From NCBI GenBank assembly GCA_043822705.1, contig JBDRBK010000024.1, positions 1 through 13,891 on the forward strand: DNA of 13,891 nt. Direction: 5' to 3'. Both the position numbers and the translations under genes were made by a program. Source of the stretch: Fidelibacterota bacterium. GTDB lineage: Bacteria > Fidelibacterota > Marinisomatia > Marinisomatales > TCS56. Below, piece by piece: positions 7,666 through 13,891 of the stretch; positions within the stretch are counted from its first letter, which is position 1, and every line of letters starts with the position of its first letter. Under the pieces are notes generated by a model, which was not told the origin of the DNA, made no database searches, and saw only the letters and a program-made list of their open reading frames with translations.

Positions 7666-8196
7666 TTATTTACCCGAACTGATTTTTCTCAGCTCGTGCA
7701 GTACGTCATCCGTTAAATCGTGGGTAGGCTTGGCATACAGCAGAGAAACTGAACCGTCCAGAATAAATTCATAACCCTTATCAATCGCCACCTTATCGAC
7801 GGCCTGTTTGACCTGGCCCAGAATTACATATTCCAACTGTGCCTGTTTCTTATATAATTCGCCTTCCGGCCCTACTTTTTGAGATTGGTAAGCCTGAATG
7901 TTCTGCTCCAGTTGGACAATTTCCTTCTCTTTTTCACGGCGCCATTCCGGGGAACTCATCAGACGCTGGGTCTCGAAATCCTGCTTAAGACTGTCCAGCT
8001 TGATTAACATCGCCTGGTATTCGAACTGAACTTTCCGGAAATCCAGTTGCAGTTGTGATTCGGCATCACGGAATTCTTCATATTCCGCTCTGATCCGCTC
8101 CGACTGAACATAACCGATTTTTATTTGAGCCTGTACCGTTAGTGGCAGTAGTACAAGTCCCAGTAATACAGTTGATAAAACCGTTTTACGTGTCAC
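7666..8196 (-). CDS. skp: Periplasmic chaperone Skp/OmpH (176 aa)
   Basis: The true start is probably the GTG at 8196, with a strong SD AAGGAGGA at 8208-8201. The 8346 start overlaps bamA. Signal peptide ends in VQA|Q, followed by KIGYV, a long coiled coil, GYEFILD and LLYA...DLTDDVL. Lies between bamA and lpxD. Confidence 0.92.
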   Translation of the reverse strand: MTRKTVLSTVLLGLVLLPLTVQAQIKIGYVQSERIRAEYEEFRDAESQLQLDFRKVQFEYQAMLIKLDSLKQDFETQRLMSSPEWRREKEKEIVQLEQNIQAYQSQKVGPEGELYKKQAQLEYVILGQVKQAVDKVAIDKGYEFILDGSVSLLYAKPTHDLTDDVLHELRKISSGK

Positions 8197-8215
8197 TAAT
8201 TCCTCCTTGCGATGA

Positions 8216-10663
8216 TTAAAACTGTTGACCGAAAATAATGTGATAATTCCAGCCGGATGCTTTTCCGTCACCGGTAATATCGTCAAATCCGTAACCCATG
8301 TCGAATCCCAGCATACCCACCATCGGCATGAAGAACCGGATTCCAAAGCCGACGGAGCGACGCAAATTTAACGCCGATGTCCGCGGAAGATGCAAAGGCT
8401 CGGTTAACTGGTGGGACTGCCACACATTACCGGCCTCAGCAAAAGCCAGACTGTAGACCACTGGATTTTCTGAGAACGGGAACCTGAACTCAGCGGTGTA
8501 TTTGACAATTGCATTGCCGCCAATCGGACTCCCGTTGTACTGGGGACCGATCGAATTGTCGGGATAACCCCGCAACATGTTTCCGTACGGAATTCCACTA
8601 CCGCCCATGATGAATTTCTCGTCCAGCGGAATCAGAGAATACTCCTCATCCGGATCAGGCAGCGGCTGGATCGCCCCCATTTTTAAAGAACCGGTCAAAA
8701 CAAATTTACTGAATGTAGGCGTATACCATTCCAAATTCAATATATGTTTATGATAATCCTCGTTCCCGGGTAATGGTCCGCCGGACAGGGTGGATTCCCA
8801 GACCATGCGGGATCCGCGGGTCGGGAATTCCGGGTGGTCGCGACTCTCGCGGGCGATTATTTGCGTGATGCTCAGCCCCAGCGTGGATTCGGCGCCATTG
8901 ACGTAGCGGTCAATATTATCCTGGGTTCCGGTGTAGCGTTTATTGACCGCATTGAACACCCAGGTGCCGCGAAAATAATCATCGGGCCATTTGAAACGAC
9001 GCCCCCAGCGCAACGATCCGCCCCGTAACTCGATATCCAGCGGAAAATAATAGTACGTCGATTGTCCGCGGAGCGTGTAGTACAGCGAAAAACCGATCAG
9101 GTTGCGGCTGTCACGGACCATCGGATCGATAAAACTCAATGAAACCGAATGGTATTTCGAGGCCGGCTGCGTCTGCCCGATCGAATACTGGGTGCCCACG
9201 TTGAAGCTCAGGCTCAGTTGCTGGCCATTGCCGCTGCGAAATGGGTTTGACAGATCGAAATTGTTAAACTCCAGGCTGCCGCCGCCGGTCATGCCATATT
9301 CGCCGGTAAAACCGATATTGGCGCTGGCCCGGTCGGAGGACCGCTCCTCGACGGTTATTTCCAGGTCGATCTCATCTTCGTCGACCGGGACCACGTCGGG
9401 GACCACATCGGCGAAATAATTCAAAATGAATATTTTTCTCTGGCTTTGAATCAACTTTTCCCGGTTGAAGACATCCCCGGGAAACAGCATTAATTCCCGC
9501 CTGATTACATTTTCCCGTGTTTTGGAGTTTCCGGTGATATTGATATTCCGGACCGATACCTGATGATTTTCGACGATCAGAAAATTCACATCCAGTGAAT
9601 CAGTGCCAACCGGTGAAAACTGCGGCTGAATCTGACTGTAGATATAACCGCTGTCCATGTACAGACCCTGCACCCGGTCATATGTCGCCAGGTTGAATTC
9701 CTGTTCACTGTAGGCGCCGCCCTTTGACAAATTCAGGCGACGGTTCAGTTCGTCAACCGAATACAAGGTATTACCGGACCAGGAAAAATTGCGGTAATAA
9801 TATTTCGGTCCCTCATTAACCCGGATTATTAAATCCAGCCGATTGTTGTCGGCACTGGAAATGACCGAATCGCTTAAAATGGCAAAATCCCGGTAGCCGC
9901 GATCACGATAAAATTTACCCAGGGCCGTTTTATCTTCTTCAAATTTATCTTCGTCAAAATGACCGCGCCAGAACAGGTACCAGCGCTGTTGTTTAGTTTC
10001 TTTCAGAACCCGCCGCAAACGGAAATCAGAGTAAGTATCATTGCCTTCGATTTGAACATTGCGGGTCTTGACCTTGCTGTTTTCCTTGATCTTAAAAACC
10101 AGGTCACGTACACCTTCGGCCGCCTGTACCGGCTGGATGGTCTTGTCTTTTTTGCGTTTTTTATCCACACTGACCGGGCGCGGGTCAACAATTTCACCGG
10201 TTATTTCCGCCTGAATGTAGCCGTCTTCGGTATAGAGCTCGCGCATCTTGCGAATGGTCCGTGAAATCGTACTGGGTTGGATCCGCTGACCGGAAGTCAA
10301 GCCCAGTTCTTCATCGAATTTGCTGACCTTGATTTTCTTATTGCCTTCATAATGAACGTGCCCCAGGACATAGTTTTCCTTGACGGCAATCGTAATCCGG
10401 ATACCTTCGGCCGTTTCCTCATCCAGCCGAATCTGGACATTGCTGAAAACGCCCAATTCCCACAGCCGCTTAACGGCCCGGGGGAATTCGGTGCCGGCTA
10501 TGGTCTGCCCGGCGGCGAGTCCGCTGGTATAGCGAATTACGCTGGCGGAGGTGATCTGATTGCCTTCCACCTCGACGGCAAGCAGGTTGAGTTCCGGTAA
10601 CTCCTGGGCCGATAGGGTGGATAAAAGAAAAGAAATAATCGAAATAATTCTTATGTTTTTCAT
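8216..10663 (-). CDS. bamA: Outer membrane protein assembly factor BamA
   Basis: Signal peptide ending LSA|Q. Five POTRA-like repeats (VEGN, YEGN, IEGN, WSGN, ITGNSKTRENVIRREL). The barrel has FPTRG, the loop-6 motif LRGY, FAEAGNVW and SVGFGIRF, and ends in a C-terminal Phe (IIFGQQF). Confidence 0.97.
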   Translation of the reverse strand: MKNIRIISIISFLLSTLSAQELPELNLLAVEVEGNQITSASVIRYTSGLAAGQTIAGTEFPRAVKRLWELGVFSNVQIRLDEETAEGIRITIAVKENYVLGHVHYEGNKKIKVSKFDEELGLTSGQRIQPSTISRTIRKMRELYTEDGYIQAEITGEIVDPRPVSVDKKRKKDKTIQPVQAAEGVRDLVFKIKENSKVKTRNVQIEGNDTYSDFRLRRVLKETKQQRWYLFWRGHFDEDKFEEDKTALGKFYRDRGYRDFAILSDSVISSADNNRLDLIIRVNEGPKYYYRNFSWSGNTLYSVDELNRRLNLSKGGAYSEQEFNLATYDRVQGLYMDSGYIYSQIQPQFSPVGTDSLDVNFLIVENHQVSVRNINITGNSKTRENVIRRELMLFPGDVFNREKLIQSQRKIFILNYFADVVPDVVPVDEDEIDLEITVEERSSDRASANIGFTGEYGMTGGGSLEFNNFDLSNPFRSGNGQQLSLSFNVGTQYSIGQTQPASKYHSVSLSFIDPMVRDSRNLIGFSLYYTLRGQSTYYYFPLDIELRGGSLRWGRRFKWPDDYFRGTWVFNAVNKRYTGTQDNIDRYVNGAESTLGLSITQIIARESRDHPEFPTRGSRMVWESTLSGGPLPGNEDYHKHILNLEWYTPTFSKFVLTGSLKMGAIQPLPDPDEEYSLIPLDEKFIMGGSGIPYGNMLRGYPDNSIGPQYNGSPIGGNAIVKYTAEFRFPFSENPVVYSLAFAEAGNVWQSHQLTEPLHLPRTSALNLRRSVGFGIRFFMPMVGMLGFDMGYGFDDITGDGKASGWNYHIIFGQQF

Positions 10664-10665
10664 TC

Positions 10666-11424
10666 TTACTGTTTCAATTGTTCACTGACCATGCCAAAGC
10701 GACGCTCGCGTTTCTGGTATTCGCCAATTGCCTCCAAAAGTTCCCGTTCGCGGAAATCCGGCCAGTAGGCAGGCGTGACAAAAACTTCGGTGTAGGCCAT
10801 CTGCCAGAGTAGAAAATTACTGATCCGAAACTCTCCGCCGGTCCGGATCAGCAGATCCGGATCGGGCATCTCGGCGGTGTAGAGGTGCCGACTGACCATC
10901 GCTTCATCAATGGCCGCACTATCCAATTCCGATCGCATGACCTTGTCGGCTATCGCTCTTACCGCCCGGGTTATTTCCTGGCGGCTGCCGTAGCTCAAGG
11001 CCAAATTCAGGTTCAGACCGGTATTATTTCGGGTTTTTTCCAGTCCGTCCAGCATCCCCTGGCGCGTATCCGGCGTGAGATCTTCCAGCCGGCCGATAAC
11101 CGTCAAGCGCACATTGTTACTATGAAGATTGTCAATTTCCGCCCGGATCGTAGTCATCAGTAACTGCATGATTGCGGATACCTCGGTCACCGGCCGGTTC
11201 CAGTTTTCCTGTGAAAAAGTGTACAACGTCAAGTGCCGGATTCCAATTTCGCCGCAGACCCGGGTGATTTCGCGAACGGAATTGATACCTTCCCGGTGAC
11301 CTGCCACCCGCGGCAACCGGCGCTGTTTGGCCCAGCGACCGTTGCCATCCATTACAATAGCAATATGGACCGGGAGATTACCCCGAGCCAGTGTCTCTTC
11401 ACGTAATTTGGATGTTGCAGCCAC
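10666..11424 (-). CDS. uppS: Undecaprenyl diphosphate synthase (cis-prenyltransferase)
   Basis: GTG start. Motifs HIAIVMDGNGRWA, FSQENWNRP, ALSYGSRQEI, DPDLLIRTGGEFRISNFLLWQ, WPDF and RRFG. Confidence 0.98.
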   Translation of the reverse strand: MAATSKLREETLARGNLPVHIAIVMDGNGRWAKQRRLPRVAGHREGINSVREITRVCGEIGIRHLTLYTFSQENWNRPVTEVSAIMQLLMTTIRAEIDNLHSNNVRLTVIGRLEDLTPDTRQGMLDGLEKTRNNTGLNLNLALSYGSRQEITRAVRAIADKVMRSELDSAAIDEAMVSRHLYTAEMPDPDLLIRTGGEFRISNFLLWQMAYTEVFVTPAYWPDFRERELLEAIGEYQKRERRFGMVSEQLKQ

Positions 11425-11461
11425 TTACAAAAACAAGCTCCGGAACTAAAATAGAATATGG

Positions 11462-11491
11462 AAATTACCCCTGCTTCTCTCCCTCAGTCAA
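11462..11491 (-). promoter_or_regulatory. Putative sigma70 promoter of the uppS-bamA-lpx operon
   Basis: On the minus strand, TTGACT (11491-11486), an 18-nt spacer and TAATTT (11467-11462) lie about 37 nt upstream of the uppS GTG, in the 140-nt intergenic gap. Confidence 0.45.
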
Positions 11492-11564
11492 GCCCTCGTC
11501 CGAGAATACCAAGACCAGTCAATAACACGAAAAACACTCCGGGGGTAACGGCTTGTCAGTCCGG

Positions 11565-12338
11565 TCATAATATTATTCCAAATTGAAACAGGTAGAACAG
11601 GGAAAGCACCACCGCTACCGTCAAGGCCGCGACCGTCGGGTACAGCAGCGCCAGCAACCGGCGCGAATCAAGTTCCTTCAGAAATTGCGGTACCAGCATC
11701 AGGACCAGAATCGGTACCAGCAGTCCGAAAAACAGCGCCGTTAGCGGCAGGTGACCCTGCAGCTCCACTATAAATGTCCGCCAGTCAGTATTACCCGGCA
11801 TTTGTTTGACATCACCCCATAAGATACTGTAGGTCGCCCAAACAGTTTTAGCAGCCAAAAGGGTCAACACAGCTTTACTGAAAAAACGTGTTTTGCGATC
11901 ATCCTGGGTATTATCACCGCCTTGCCGCAACCGGACGGTAAACAGAAGAAATATCCCCAGCAGGCCAACATTGAGCACCTGAATTACAAATATCATTATC
12001 GAGGGATAAATCAGGATTTCGGACACCTGAAAAAGCACGATCAGACCAAATACCGATGGAATTGACGTCACCCAGGCAGAAATTTTCGGACTGCCCCAAT
12101 AATACAGGTTGGTCGCGAATAACGCCGTCAGCCAGACCGCCCCCGAGAGCCGTAGCTGAAAGGCGACCTCAAAATACCATAAAAGACCGAAGCCCAGAAG
12201 TCCGGCCAGTCCGGCCGACAACAACTGCCAGTACAAAAACCGGGGAATGGTTTCCCTGCTGACCAGCCATAGGCATAATGGGTATACGGCGGCAAAGGCG
12301 AGCCCGAGCAAACTGATGATGGCCGGAATTGAACTCAT
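11565..12338 (-). CDS. Hypothetical polytopic inner-membrane protein (~7-8 TM segments)
   Basis: A 257-aa ORF made almost entirely of hydrophobic segments. It is co-oriented with sufT and starts 39 nt after the sufT stop. No motif could be assigned with confidence. Confidence 0.75.
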   Translation of the reverse strand: MSSIPAIISLLGLAFAAVYPLCLWLVSRETIPRFLYWQLLSAGLAGLLGFGLLWYFEVAFQLRLSGAVWLTALFATNLYYWGSPKISAWVTSIPSVFGLIVLFQVSEILIYPSIMIFVIQVLNVGLLGIFLLFTVRLRQGGDNTQDDRKTRFFSKAVLTLLAAKTVWATYSILWGDVKQMPGNTDWRTFIVELQGHLPLTALFFGLLVPILVLMLVPQFLKELDSRRLLALLYPTVAALTVAVVLSLFYLFQFGIIL

Positions 12339-12377
12339 TACCGGAAAGATATCGGTTTTCGGGGCATGGGCGAGAAA

Positions 12378-12680
12378 TTACTCCGGCAGTCCCAGAATTT
12401 TACGGCCGGCCGGCGAAATCATATCGGCCGTCCAGCGCGGGTCGAAGACCATAATTACTTCGGCTTCGTTTACACCATCGATTTTAGCGACGCTTTCACG
12501 CACGCCGGCGGCAATCTGGCTGTGCATCGGGCAGCCCGGTGTCGTCAACGTCATCGTGACCGACACTTTTTTATCCACGACGGCCACATCATAGATTAGT
12601 CCCAAATCAACGATGTTGACCGGGATTTCCGGATCAAAACACTGATACAGCACATCCATTACTTGTTTTTCAGTTACCAT
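12378..12680 (-). CDS. sufT: DUF59/MIP18-family Fe-S cluster assembly protein (SufT-like)
   Basis: DPEIPVNIVDLGLIY, MTLTTPGCP (conserved Cys) and FDPRWT motifs. The start lies 8 nt after the mrp stop. Confidence 0.92.
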   Translation of the reverse strand: MVTEKQVMDVLYQCFDPEIPVNIVDLGLIYDVAVVDKKVSVTMTLTTPGCPMHSQIAAGVRESVAKIDGVNEAEVIMVFDPRWTADMISPAGRKILGLPE

Positions 12681-12688
12681 TTTCTTCC

Positions 12689-13837
12689 CTATTTTTCCAA
12701 TTGTTTAATTATTTGGGCCGCGATCCGGTCATAAATCCGGCTGATGGGCGAAGTCGGGTCGCGACTGACCAATGGTTGGCCGGAATCGGTGGCTTCCATC
12801 ACTTCCCGGGCTAACGGTATTTCTCCCAGCAACGGCACATTCAAACGCCGGCTTTCTTTTTCGCCGCCACCCTTTTTGAATAAATCCAGGTAAATTTCAA
12901 ACTCACCGTCCGGGCCGCCGGTCTGGTCGGCAAAGCCTTCCAGTTTTAATACGGCACCCGGAAGTGGTTGCCCGTCCCGGCCCGTGATACGACCGGACAA
13001 CCGCAGACCGGACATATTCTCGATTACGCCCAGAACGTTGACAGCCACCTTGCGAAACATGTCGGCACCCTTGCTGACATCGGCCACGGCAATATCCTGC
13101 GGGGTTGTGACCATGACGGCGCCACTGATTTTCAGCTTCTGGACCAGCGTCAACTGGACATCGCCGGTGCCGGGCGGCAGGTCCAGAATCAGGAAATCCA
13201 ATTCGCCCCACTCAACGTCATTGAAAAATTGTTCCGTCATCTTCGCCACCATCGGGCCGCGCCAGACCGCCGGCGCGTCATTACCGCTGATAAACCCGAA
13301 ACTCATTACCCGCAGGCCGTACCGTTCCAGTGGAATCAGTTTATTATTTTCCGAAACCAGCGGACGCTCGTTGATCCCCAGCACGATCGGTAATGATGGT
13401 CCGTAAATATCCAGGTCGAGCAGGCCAACCCGGTAACCACGGTTGTGCAGGGTCGCGGCCAGATTGACGGCTATGGTCGTTTTACCGACGCCCCCTTTGC
13501 CGCTGGCAATGGCCACGACATGTCTGACGCCCGGCAATGGACCCTGGTGGGCAAAAGGATCACGATTGCCGCTCGGGCCGACTTTGGCCGGAGCCGACGG
13601 CGGTGCCACCAGGTCGATTTTTATTTCGGAAAAGCTGCCCGTGGATTCCAGCACCTGGCGGACATTTTCGATAACCGCGTTGATTTTATCCTGTTGGTCG
13701 GTAATACTGTTCAGTTCGAGTGTCAGCGAAGTATCCCGAACACTGATAGTGGATATCATCCCGAACGAGACGATGTCGCGACTGAAGCCGGGATATTTGA
13801 CTGTCTTCAACAGTTCCCGAACCTGTTCCTTATTCAT
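12689..13837 (-). CDS. mrp: Mrp/ApbC/NBP35-family P-loop ATPase with N-terminal DUF59-like domain; lacks the CxxC motif
   Basis: Deviant Walker A SGKGGVGKT, DLDIYGPS, WRGPMV, WGELDFLILDLPPGTGD, VTTPQ, ENMS and LGEIPL. A GGAG SD at 13845-13842 precedes the ATG. Confidence 0.94.
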   Translation of the reverse strand: MNKEQVRELLKTVKYPGFSRDIVSFGMISTISVRDTSLTLELNSITDQQDKINAVIENVRQVLESTGSFSEIKIDLVAPPSAPAKVGPSGNRDPFAHQGPLPGVRHVVAIASGKGGVGKTTIAVNLAATLHNRGYRVGLLDLDIYGPSLPIVLGINERPLVSENNKLIPLERYGLRVMSFGFISGNDAPAVWRGPMVAKMTEQFFNDVEWGELDFLILDLPPGTGDVQLTLVQKLKISGAVMVTTPQDIAVADVSKGADMFRKVAVNVLGVIENMSGLRLSGRITGRDGQPLPGAVLKLEGFADQTGGPDGEFEIYLDLFKKGGGEKESRRLNVPLLGEIPLAREVMEATDSGQPLVSRDPTSPISRIYDRIAAQIIKQLEK

Positions 13838-13845
13838 ACGACTCC

Positions 13846-13882
13846 GAAATAATAAAAGCGGCTGCGTTTAAACAGCCGCTTT
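13846..13882 (-). terminator. Intrinsic terminator-like hairpin upstream of mrp
   Basis: Perfect 10-bp inverted repeat AAAGCGGCTG (13855-13864) / CAGCCGCTTT (13873-13882) with an 8-nt loop. On the minus strand it runs into the U-rich tract TTTTATTATTT. Confidence 0.65.
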
Positions 13883-13891
13883 GAACTAAAT

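Noticed and set aside
1544..7774. Long plus-strand ORFs (1544-2413, 2525-3481, 4424-5200, 6199-6717, 6845-7774)
   Set aside because: They lie antisense to well-conserved genes (rseP, dxr, lpxA, lpxC, lpxD) and show no recognisable motifs. They are typical shadow ORFs caused by codon bias.
8197..8346. 50-aa N-terminal extension of Skp in the ORF track
   Set aside because: It overlaps the bamA 3' end. The strong SD and signal peptide point to the GTG at 8196.
1..13891. Mobile elements, CRISPR arrays, tRNA/rRNA or defence systems
   Set aside because: I saw no transposase or integrase motifs, repeat-spacer arrays or structured RNA genes. All intergenic gaps are 140 nt or shorter and the genes are housekeeping.

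Overview
A 13.9 kb core-genome window from a Gram-negative bacterium, probably of the FCB superphylum (possibly Marinimicrobia-like). This placement is inferred from the LpxC-FabZ fusion, the uppS-bamA-skp gene order and Gln at +1 after the signal peptides. The minus strand carries two units: an Fe-S-trafficking-like unit (mrp/apbC, sufT/DUF59, a polytopic membrane protein) and a long envelope-biogenesis operon (uppS, bamA, skp, lpxD, lpxC-fabZ, lpxA, an orphan putative outer-membrane protein, dxr, rseP). Converging from the plus strand are the 3' end of a DUF3108-like gene and a YwaF/TMEM164-family membrane protein. I found no mobile elements, CRISPR arrays or RNA genes. The most notable oddities are: (1) lpxA has no canonical start codon upstream of its conserved N-terminus and appears to start at AUU behind a well-spaced SD; (2) the Mrp ATPase has no cysteines, and its CxxC Fe-S loop is replaced by a ~43-aa segment resembling a carboxypeptidase-regulatory-like/SusC-NTE beta-sandwich; (3) an uncharacterised secreted, beta-barrel-like gene sits inside the lipid A operon; (4) RseP has a ~35-aa insertion in its membrane-reentrant loop region; (5) a terminator-like hairpin lies directly upstream of the mrp RBS. 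All family assignments come from motif recognition by eye, not from database searches.
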